From Chloroflexota bacterium (GTDB lineage: Bacteria > Chloroflexota > Ktedonobacteria > Ktedonobacterales > JADMIN01): a DNA stretch of 64,000 bases. Numbering within the stretch: position 1 is the stretch's first letter; every line of letters begins with the position of its first letter. The stretch spans positions 137,346-201,345 of the forward strand of contig JAJPKE010000005.1 of assembly GCA_021323855.1 (NCBI GenBank), given 5' to 3'. The notes beneath the pieces were generated by a model, which made no database searches, was not told the DNA's origin, and was given only the letters and a program-made list of their open reading frames with translations. This document shows positions 56,802 to 64,000 of the stretch, in pieces. The position numbers were made by a program, and so were the translations under genes.

Positions 56802-58667
56802 ATGTGCGGCATAGTGGGCTATGTTGGCCCCAAAAACGCAACCCCCATTCTGATCGAGGGACTGGCGCGCCTGGAGTATCGTGGCTATGACTCCGCTGGC
56901 ATCGCCGTCATTTCCAGCGACGGCGCGCTGGAAGTCCGCAAAGCCGCCGGCAAGCTGCAAAATCTGCGTTCGACGGTCGCCACCGCCGAGCCGGAGGGTT
57001 ACGCTGGCATCGGGCATACCCGCTGGGCAACCCACGGGCGCCCCAACGATACCAACGCGCACCCACACGCTGATTGCAGCGGCAACATCACGGTGGTGCA
57101 TAACGGCATCATCGAGAACTACGCCGAGCTACGCGCCGAACTGCTGGCGAAAGGGCACACCTTCCGCTCGGAGACCGATACCGAAGTGCTGTCGCATCTC
57201 ATCGAAGATGCGCTTGCCAGCGGCGCCAGCGGGCTGGCCGAGGCGGTGCGCCAGGCGCTCCGCCGTGTCACCGGCTCCTATTCGATTGCCGTCATCAGCC
57301 GCGACTTCCCGGACCGGCTGGTCGGCGCGCGACTGACCGGACCGCTGATCGTCGGCCTGGGCGATGGTGAGAACTTCCTGGCGTCGGATATCCCTGCCAT
57401 CCTGCGCCACACCCGCGAGATCATCATTCTCGAAGAGGGTGAGATCGTCGAGGTCACCCGCTCGTCGTTCGCCATCACCGATATTGACGGCAACAGCATC
57501 GAGCATACGCCGCATCATGTCGAATGGGATATCGAAGCGGCGGAGAAGTGCGGTTTTCCGCACTACTTCGTCAAAGAGATTCACGAGCAGCCACACGCCG
57601 TCACCCGCGCGCTGCTGGGGCGTGTGCAGCAGACGGCAGACGGCCCATCCGTGCGGCTGGCGGAACTGGACCGGCTGGCAGCGAGTGGCGCGCTCAATCA
57701 GGTGCGCCGCATCGTCATTCTCGGCTGTGGCACGTCTATCCACGCCGGTATCCTGGGCAAATACGCCATCGAACGCTGGTCGCGCCTGCCGGTGGAGGTG
57801 TGCATCGCCTCCGAATATCGCTATGCCGACCCTATCGTCGGGCCGGAGACGCTCTGCCTGGCGCTTACGCAGTCCGGCGAGACGACCGATACGCTGGCGG
57901 CGACGCGCCTGGCCCGCGAGCATGGCGCGCCGGTGATTGCGCTGACGAATGTGGTAGGCAGCGCAATTACCCGGCTGGCGGGCGCCGTTCTGTATTTGCA
58001 GGCGGGGCCGGAGATCAGCGTCACGGCGACCAAAACCTATGTCACGATGGTAACGGCGCTGTACTTACTTGGCCTCTGGCTTGGCGAACGGCAACTGACG
58101 CTCGCGCCCGAAGAGCAGCAACGCATGCTGACGGCGCTCCAGGCGCTGCCAGAGCAGATGCAGCGCGTGTTGGAGTCACCAGCCACCGATGAGGCGTCGC
58201 TTCGCGAGCTGACGGCGTACCTCGCCGGACGGGAGAGCTGCATGTTCATCGGGCGCGGCGCGGGCTATCCGCTGGCGATGGAGGGTGCGCTCAAGCTCAA
58301 AGAAATCTCGTATATCCATGCCGAGGCGTATCCCGCTGGCGAGTTGAAGCACGGCCCCATCGCACTGCTCGATCCAAATGTGCCGCTCCTGGCGATGGCG
58401 CTGAACAGCCACACCTACGACAAGCTCATCAGCAATGTCGAGGAGGTGCGGGCGCGCGACGCGCAGATCATCGCCATTGCCAGCGAGGGCAACAGCGACA
58501 TCGCGCAGCACGCCGATTATGTGCTGACGGTGCCTGATGCGCCGGAACCCATCGCGCCGCTGCTGGGCATCATTCCCTTGCAGGTGTTGGCCTATCATGT
58601 GGCGCTGGCGCGCGACTGTAACATAGACCAGCCGCGCAACCTGGCGAAGTCAGTCACCGTCGAATAG
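56802..58667 (+). CDS. glmS: Glutamine--fructose-6-phosphate aminotransferase
   Basis: 621-aa [13 protein letters not shown]-terminal Cys, two SIS domains, C-terminal ...NLAKSVTVE. Confidence 0.97.
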   Translation: MCGIVGYVGPKNATPILIEGLARLEYRGYDSAGIAVISSDGALEVRKAAGKLQNLRSTVATAEPEGYAGIGHTRWATHGRPNDTNAHPHADCSGNITVVHNGIIENYAELRAELLAKGHTFRSETDTEVLSHLIEDALASGASGLAEAVRQALRRVTGSYSIAVISRDFPDRLVGARLTGPLIVGLGDGENFLASDIPAILRHTREIIILEEGEIVEVTRSSFAITDIDGNSIEHTPHHVEWDIEAAEKCGFPHYFVKEIHEQPHAVTRALLGRVQQTADGPSVRLAELDRLAASGALNQVRRIVILGCGTSIHAGILGKYAIERWSRLPVEVCIASEYRYADPIVGPETLCLALTQSGETTDTLAATRLAREHGAPVIALTNVVGSAITRLAGAVLYLQAGPEISVTATKTYVTMVTALYLLGLWLGERQLTLAPEEQQRMLTALQALPEQMQRVLESPATDEASLRELTAYLAGRESCMFIGRGAGYPLAMEGALKLKEISYIHAEAYPAGELKHGPIALLDPNVPLLAMALNSHTYDKLISNVEEVRARDAQIIAIASEGNSDIAQHADYVLTVPDAPEPIAPLLGIIPLQVLAYHVALARDCNIDQPRNLAKSVTVE

Positions 58668-58690
58668 CCTATCTCTATTCGCTCGCTTTG

Positions 58691-58745
58691 GTGTCCAGTG
58701 ACACATAGTGTTGCCGCTGGACACCAATGTTGTTTCCGTTGTTGT
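58691..58745 (+). terminator. Intrinsic terminator after glmS
   Basis: GGTGTCCAG...CTGGACACC 9-bp stem followed by a T-rich tract (AATGTTGTTTCCGTTGTTGTT). Confidence 0.65.
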
Positions 58746-58832
58746 TCACCCAACTCTGCTGTTTTTGCCGCCTCCCTTGACGACAGGCAATGGCGCCGCA
58801 TATACTGCCACCATATCATAGTGCTTCGTCGC

Positions 58833-59210
58833 GGGGGACCAGTAGAGCAGGCGCAGACCGCAGCGAGCCAGGGAGAGTGTAAGCCTGGCGTCGGGCGCCA
58901 TCTCGAAGCCACCCCCAGGTTTGGCGCGTGGAGTTCCGCCAAACCGCGACGCGGGACCAACACTGCATAGGTGTGTTCATCTATCAGCCAGTAGTCACCG
59001 CCGGTTGCCCTCCGTTATCATGGGGCGGGACATCGAATGTTTGTGGTGCGCCATCTAGTGTGATAGATTGCGCCGCGCGTTCCGTGTCCGCTAAGTGGGT
59101 ACGCCAGCATGTTGTCTGCTCGATGTCTTTGTGCTGGCTGCCAAGCCAGGTGGTACCACGGGCTGTTCAGGCCCGCCCGAGCATATGCGCTTGCGGCGGG
59201 CCATTTGTTT
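58833..59210 (+). promoter_or_regulatory. T-box leader, alanine specifier GCC
   Basis: GGGGG/CCCCC helix enclosing ACC-AGUA... / ...CGAA-GCC-A (GCC 58908-10). AG bulge GGGAGAG. F-box CCGTTA 59012-17. T-box AGGTGGTACCACGGG 59148-63. Terminator GGCCCGCC/GGCGGGCC plus ATTTGTTT 59170-59210. Confidence 0.85.
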
Positions 59211-59372
59211 GCGCTGTATCTACTACTGCCCCATTTCCCCCCTCTGCGAAGCGATAGCATATGCTCTCCCATCTGAACATTGGTGTATCTATGCTGCCGG
59301 AAAGCCAAACGGCGTCTGCGCGGTGACGATGTGGACTCCATAGCCACTCAACCAGAAAGGGAGAGCATTGTC

Positions 59373-60764
59373 ATGAGTAAGACAAAATCCATGACACAAC
59401 AATCACATCCGCATGTTTGGTCGTCCGCGCGCATCGCTGAGACGTATCTAGCGTTCTTCGAGCAGCACGGCCACCTGCGCCTGGCGGGGCATCCGCTGGC
59501 GGCGCCGGAGAACAGCACCTCATTTATCATCGCCGGGATGCAGCCGCTGATGCCGTATCTGCGTGGCAGCGAGCCGCCACCCGCGCCCCGGCTGGCGGCA
59601 CTGCAACGCTGCCTGCGCACCGATGATGTGGAGATGGTAGGCAGCAACGACCGCAAGATGTCGGCGTTTCAGATGCTCGGCAACTGGTCCATCGGCGACT
59701 ATGGCCGGCGCGAAGCGGTTGAGCTAGCGGTCGAACTGTTGAGTATCTTCGGCATTGATTGGCAACGCCTCTGGATCACCACTTTCGGCGGCGATCCGTC
59801 TCTCAACCTGCCGCCAGATGAGGATATCGTCGCGGAATGGCTGCGCGCTGGCATCCCCGGCGAGCGTATCGTGCCGCTCGGCGCGGAAGACAACTTCTGG
59901 ACTACTGGCGGCCCCGGTCCCTGTGGACGCGACACCGAACTCTTCATTGATCGCGGTGAGGCGTTCGGCTGTGGCAGGCAAGAGTGCCGTCCGGGTTGCG
60001 ACTGCAACCGCTTCCTGGAGTTCTGGAATCTCGTCTTCATTGAATTCGAGCAGCATCCAGACGGCAGCATTACGCCGCTGCCCCTGCGCAGCGTGGACAC
60101 CGGCATGGGGTTGGAACGCATGGCGCTGCTCTTACAGGGTGCGCCTTCAGCCTTCCATATTGACCTCTTCCTGCCAGCGCAGCAACGGCTACACTCGTTG
60201 CTGCCCAACGAACACGATAGTCATGATGGACATGGACACGATGGACAGCCCAGCGCGATGCTGCCAGCGCAGCGCGAACAGTCGCAACGCATGATCGTGG
60301 ACCATATGCGTGCGGCGCTCTTCGTGGGCGCGGAGGGTACAGAGCCGGGGCGCGACGGGCGCGGCTCTGTGTTGCGGCGGCTGATCCGCCGCGCAGCGAC
60401 ACGTGGGCGGCTGCTCGGCATCACTCGCCCATTCCTGAGCGAATTGCTCATGCCGCTGGCGCAGGCGCACGGCGCGCTGCTCAGCGAGGAGGAGCAACAG
60501 CGGGTTCCGCTGCTCGAAGAGATGGTACGGCAGGAAGAGCAACGCTTTCAGCGCACGCTGACGGCTGGGCTGCGCATGCTGGATAGCATAACGCCCGGTG
60601 AACGCGGCGTGGTGCCGGGTGAACTGCTCTTTCAGTTGCACGCGGAGCGTGGCTTTCCGGCGGACCTGGCGGCGGAGATACTGGCGCAACGCGGCCTACA
60701 GGTCGAGTGGCCGAGCTTCGAGCGCGCGACCCAGGCGCACCGCGAGGTGAGTAGATCGCGGTAG
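59373..60764 (+). CDS. alaS: Truncated alanine--tRNA ligase (aminoacylation plus tRNA-recognition domains only; no editing or C-Ala domain)
   Basis: GGGAGAG then ATG 59373. ETYLAFFEQHGH, FIIAGMQP, FQMLGNWSIGDY, NLVFIEFEQ...VDTGMGLERMALLLQG. Ends after ~463 aa and is followed by a family A repeat. Confidence 0.85.
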   Translation: MSKTKSMTQQSHPHVWSSARIAETYLAFFEQHGHLRLAGHPLAAPENSTSFIIAGMQPLMPYLRGSEPPPAPRLAALQRCLRTDDVEMVGSNDRKMSAFQMLGNWSIGDYGRREAVELAVELLSIFGIDWQRLWITTFGGDPSLNLPPDEDIVAEWLRAGIPGERIVPLGAEDNFWTTGGPGPCGRDTELFIDRGEAFGCGRQECRPGCDCNRFLEFWNLVFIEFEQHPDGSITPLPLRSVDTGMGLERMALLLQGAPSAFHIDLFLPAQQRLHSLLPNEHDSHDGHGHDGQPSAMLPAQREQSQRMIVDHMRAALFVGAEGTEPGRDGRGSVLRRLIRRAATRGRLLGITRPFLSELLMPLAQAHGALLSEEEQQRVPLLEEMVRQEEQRFQRTLTAGLRMLDSITPGERGVVPGELLFQLHAERGFPADLAAEILAQRGLQVEWPSFERATQAHREVSRSR

Positions 60765-60801
60765 GAGAACTGGCGGATGAATCCGCGTCGAGAGGCTACA
60801 T

Positions 60802-60838
60802 CCTCACCACCAGCCCCTCTCCTCATGAGGAGAGGGGA
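60802..60838. repeat. Family A GC-rich palindromic element (single hairpin)
   Basis: CCTCACCACCAGCCCCTCTCCTCATGAGGAGAGGGGA in the convergent spacer. Confidence 0.8.
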
Positions 60839-60849
60839 GTCCGGAGCCA

Positions 60850-61116
60850 TCAGGCAGGAATCCCAACCGCCTGATGGCGCTTGACCGCTTCGATGATGGC
60901 GCTGTGTTCGCCAAAGCCGCCGTCGCGTTCCATCGAATGTACCAGTTCGCCGTCAATTGTCACCTCGAATGTGCCCTCGTGCCAGGGAATCAATTCGATT
61001 TCGGATAGTTCATCACGGAACTGCTTCATCAGCGCCTCGGTGAGCGCAAGCGTCTGCGGCTCGTAGCCGCACTCGGAGCAATACGCAATCGTCACTTTGA
61101 TCGGTCGTTTAGCCAT
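60850..61116 (-). CDS. Rdx (SelW/SelT/SelH-like) thioredoxin-fold protein, Cys form
   Basis: Start moved to ATG 61116 (MAKRPIKVTIAYCSECGY). CxxC motif CSEC. Confidence 0.65.
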   Translation of the reverse strand: MAKRPIKVTIAYCSECGYEPQTLALTEALMKQFRDELSEIELIPWHEGTFEVTIDGELVHSMERDGGFGEHSAIIEAVKRHQAVGIPA

Positions 61117-61200
61117 AGCCTTCTCTTTCCTCTCATTGGGTGGCGCGCAGAGCAGATACGTCAACGTCCGGCCACCAAACAGCCGTCAGCCACTCCATCG

Positions 61201-61800
61201 TCAAGCGTGAACCGACGCGACAATGGCCTGCAACGCGCGCACGACATCCAGGTTATCCTCAGCCTTCGTTTGCTCGCGCTGCGCTGCCAACGCTGCCGTG
61301 AGCGGCGTGCGCACCTCTTCGGGAAGCTGGCTGATGGGAGTATCTGGCGACCCAAACTCCGGGTGCGCCGCATAAAGTTCCTGCCGCAGTTTGGCGCGCC
61401 GCTCGGTAACGCTATCCGGTCGTTCGATGAAGCGCCCAAGCTCGTTGAAGTGCTGATCGAAGAAAACGAAGACGGGAATGGAGCGGAACTGCCCGTCCTT
61501 CAAATACTGATCCATCAGATCGAGGTTCTGATCGCGCAGGAAGATACTCAGGTTCAGCTTGCCACTCGCCCCGGCGAGACGGCCAAGAATGGGCAGATTG
61601 TCAATCACATCACCACACCAATCCTCCGCCAGCACCAGCACATTCAGCGGCTGCGGCAACTGCTCGAAGACCGCTATGTCCGCCGGGTCCACCTGAAACT
61701 GGCGTTCGTTCTCTGCAAAGCGTTCCTGGTTGCGGGTCATCTGTGTCTTGAAAGCATCGTAGCTCATGCCTTGCGCAAAACGTTCCGGGGTCACTGCCAT
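61201..61800 (-). CDS. Thioredoxin-family protein
   Basis: GAGGGA then ATG 61800. LAEDWCGDVIDNLPIL motif. Confidence 0.7.
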   Translation of the reverse strand: MAVTPERFAQGMSYDAFKTQMTRNQERFAENERQFQVDPADIAVFEQLPQPLNVLVLAEDWCGDVIDNLPILGRLAGASGKLNLSIFLRDQNLDLMDQYLKDGQFRSIPVFVFFDQHFNELGRFIERPDSVTERRAKLRQELYAAHPEFGSPDTPISQLPEEVRTPLTAALAAQREQTKAEDNLDVVRALQAIVASVHA

Positions 61801-62044
61801 CGTCTTGTCCCTCATATCCCTCTACACAGCAACTAGGTCATATATGGTGTCTCTGGCGTCTATCGCGATACCACATCGCCTTAACGTCAGACGCCATACA
61901 TGACTGCACAAAAGATAGTAACTATCTGAAATAGTATCGCGCAGGTGGTGTTTGCGCAAGATGCGCTGCTGTTCGGCATGCAGGTTGCGGGGTCCGGCGG
62001 GTAGATGGAATGTGTGATGAAGAGAGAGTGAAAGGAGACCTTGT

Positions 62045-62377
62045 ATGCCAGCGAAAACCACGTGGGAGCCGCACGAACAGCATGGCAAATTGAGTACCCA
62101 TGAGCAGGACAAACTGCCGGATAGCGCCTTTGCCTTCCCCAAGCAGCGCAAAGAGCCGTTGACCGATGCCTCGCACGTCAAGAATGCGCTCGCCCGTTTC
62201 GATCAGGTGGAGGGCGTCAGCGATGAGGATCGTGACCTTGCCTTCGCCAATATCCGCAAGGCCGCCGCGCACTTTGGCATCGAGATCGAGGAGAGCCGTT
62301 GGCAGGACTTGGGGAAGCGCCCACATACGCATAATCCCAGCCATGAGGAGAGTGGCCGCCACGAACACCACGCATGA
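62045..62377 (+). CDS. DUF6582-like small protein
   Basis: 110-aa ORF. LPDSAFAFPKQRKEPLTDASHVKNALARFDQV pattern. Confidence 0.6.
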   Translation: MPAKTTWEPHEQHGKLSTHEQDKLPDSAFAFPKQRKEPLTDASHVKNALARFDQVEGVSDEDRDLAFANIRKAAAHFGIEIEESRWQDLGKRPHTHNPSHEESGRHEHHA

Positions 62378-62891
62378 CACCACGCAGAACACCAGGCACG
62401 ACCGCTCTAAGGCGAAGAATACTCGCCCGGCGCGCAGGCATGCTCACGAGCAGCGCGCGCCGGGTCGCCGCATCACATCGGGCGACCTGGGCATACAACT
62501 TTCCCGGAGAACTGAGGCGGAGTACTTCAAGTGGTTTCTCGCCTGCCTGTTGTTTGGCAAACCCATTCAGCAGAAAGTTGCCGCCCGCGCCTATTTCACC
62601 TGCATCGCGGCGGGCCTGATGTCTCCATCCGCGATTACCGCAGCCGGCTGGGATAAGATTGTGGCCGTGCTGGATAGCGCGCAATATGTGCGCTATGACT
62701 TCTCCACGGCTACCAAGCTGCTGGACATCAGCCGGGAACTCAGCGAAACCTACGGCTCGTTGACGCGCCTCTTCGCGCAATCGCGGGATGCCGCCGATCT
62801 TTCCGCCCGCCTGCAAGCCTTCAAGGGCATCGGCCCCGTGACGGCGCGCATCTTCCTGGCGGACCTCGCCCCCATTCTCTTTGGCAAGTGA
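62343..62891 (+). CDS. Hypothetical helical protein (possible HhH-type fold), basic N-terminus
   Basis: In-frame part of ORF 62166..62891. Protein-like from ...EAEYFKWFLACLLFGKPIQ to GIGPVTARIFLADL. Start uncertain. Confidence 0.45.
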   Translation: MRRVAATNTTHDTTQNTRHDRSKAKNTRPARRHAHEQRAPGRRITSGDLGIQLSRRTEAEYFKWFLACLLFGKPIQQKVAARAYFTCIAAGLMSPSAITAAGWDKIVAVLDSAQYVRYDFSTATKLLDISRELSETYGSLTRLFAQSRDAADLSARLQAFKGIGPVTARIFLADLAPILFGK

Positions 62892-62914
62892 CTGGGCTTC
62901 TAAGAGACGCACCC

Positions 62915-64000
62915 TCAATCTTCATATTGCCGTGGCAGCCGGCTTCCCGCAGCTTCCAGCGCTTGCGCCTGCTCTTCCGTCTCTGTCGCCTCTGCAAAGC
63001 GCCCCAGCGCCCGCAACGCCTGCGCCTTGTGACGCCAGGCGAAGGCTTGCGAGTCGTCGAGTTGGAGCGCGTGATCGAAGGCGGTCAGCGCCTCCTCATA
63101 GCGTTGCATCGCCAGATAGATCTCGCCCTGGCTGTGCCAGAAGATTGCTTTCTCCGGCGCTATCGCTAACGCTTGCTCGATGCAGGTGAGCGCCTCATCG
63201 TAGCGTGCTAGCGCCAAACAGGTGTACGCTTTGCCGTTCCAGGCGCGGTCGAACTTCGGGTCGAGGGTCAGCGCCTGCTCATGACATTGCAGCGCCTCGT
63301 CATATCGCTGTAACTCATACAATACCCAGCCCTTGTTGACCCAGGCGGGAGGCAGTCGCGGTGCAATGTTGAGCGCCTGCTCACCGGCAGCCAGCGCTTC
63401 GTCATAGCGTTGCAGATCGCATAGCGTGCGGGTCTTGTTCGTCCAGGCAGGAAAATTTTTGGCATCAAGCGCGATAGCTTGGTCAAAATACTGGAGCGCT
63501 TCTCCTAGCTGATTGAGATGGTACAAGGCCCAACCTTTGTTGTTCCAGCATGACGCATCTTTAGGAGCGAGGGCGAGCGCCTGCTCATCGCAGACTAAAG
63601 CATCTTCGTAACGCATCAGCCTGGATAATGCCATCCCTTTGTCGCTCCAGGCGCGTACATTCTGCGGGTCAAGAGCCAGTATCTGATCATAGCACTGGAT
63701 CGCCTCATCAAAACGTTGTAGTTGAAACAGCGCGTCGCCTCTAAAAAACAAGGCGATACCATCGCTAGGAAAAAACGTCAGCGCCGTCTGTGTGAGCGCC
63801 AGCACCTGTTCGTATGCCTGCTTACTGGCGTCGTATTGCTTCGTTCTCTTGTAAGCATATCCCAGAAGGCCCCACACCTGGAAATCATCAGGCATCTTCT
63901 CGGCAATTGGCTCCAGGTAGGTGAGCGCTTCGGCAGATTTGCCCTGCCAGATGAGTTCTCTAGGATTAGCGAGGATAGCATCAATGCCAGTTCGTCTTGG
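62915..64000 (-). CDS. TPR-repeat protein (5' end beyond the window)
   Basis: Track gives 62915..63895, but the frame stays open to position 64000 (hand translation ...WQGKSAEALTYLEPIAEKMPDDF). About nine 34-aa TPR units (AW.NKG.AL..L.RY.EAL..). Confidence 0.85.
   Translation of the reverse strand, partial: PRRTGIDAILANPRELIWQGKSAEALTYLEPIAEKMPDDFQVWGLLGYAYKRTKQYDASKQAYEQVLALTQTALTFFPSDGIALFFRGDALFQLQRFDEAIQCYDQILALDPQNVRAWSDKGMALSRLMRYEDALVCDEQALALAPKDASCWNNKGWALYHLNQLGEALQYFDQAIALDAKNFPAWTNKTRTLCDLQRYDEALAAGEQALNIAPRLPPAWVNKGWVLYELQRYDEALQCHEQALTLDPKFDRAWNGKAYTCLALARYDEALTCIEQALAIAPEKAIFWHSQGEIYLAMQRYEEALTAFDHALQLDDSQAFAWRHKAQALRALGRFAEATETEEQAQALEAAGSRLPRQYED

Noticed and set aside
60850-61116. 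Rdx/SelW-like gene as a selenoprotein.
   Set aside because: The redox motif is CSEC with Cys at both positions (TGC codons). There is no in-frame TGA and no SECIS-like need.

Overview
This is a high-GC chromosomal segment, mostly housekeeping and envelope genes on both strands. The lineage looks Chloroflexota/Ktedonobacteria-like, but that is only an inference from gene content and RNA elements.

**Recognisable content**
- About 55 protein genes, including type-2 IleRS, GlmS, MurJ, NrdR, CoaX, TrmB, LarE, split ADP-heptose genes, two ECF-type sigma factors, two EamA transporters and an S9 peptidase.
- Four tRNAs: Val-TAC, Leu-GAG, Arg-CCT and Pro-GGG.
- One glmS ribozyme and two complete T-box leaders.
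- One TnpB-only IS200/IS605-type element.
- Two families of dispersed intergenic hairpin repeats.

**Both window edges cut genes that the ORF track omits or shortens**
- Left edge (1..1651, minus strand): a TIR - TPR - SUMF1/FGE fusion, absent from the track.
- Right edge (62915..64000, minus strand): a TPR protein, listed only from an internal Met.

**Most interesting observations**
- A naturally truncated AlaRS (catalytic and tRNA-recognition parts only) sits behind an Ala (GCC) T-box.
- A free-standing AlaX-like editing gene lies behind a second T-box and directly upstream of ileS. Its specifier looks more like AUC (Ile) than GCC.
- The edge-truncated TIR fusion protein.
- A small AT-richer nucleotidyltransferase module at 55.2-56.4 kb.
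- A tRNA 5' half abuts the putative right end of the TnpB element, and a perfect 19-bp inverted repeat covers the tnpB start codon.
- Dispersed mini-hairpin arrays occupy three spacers.

Nothing here is a validated new system. All functional calls come from motif recognition by eye and need HMM, covariance-model or BLAST confirmation.
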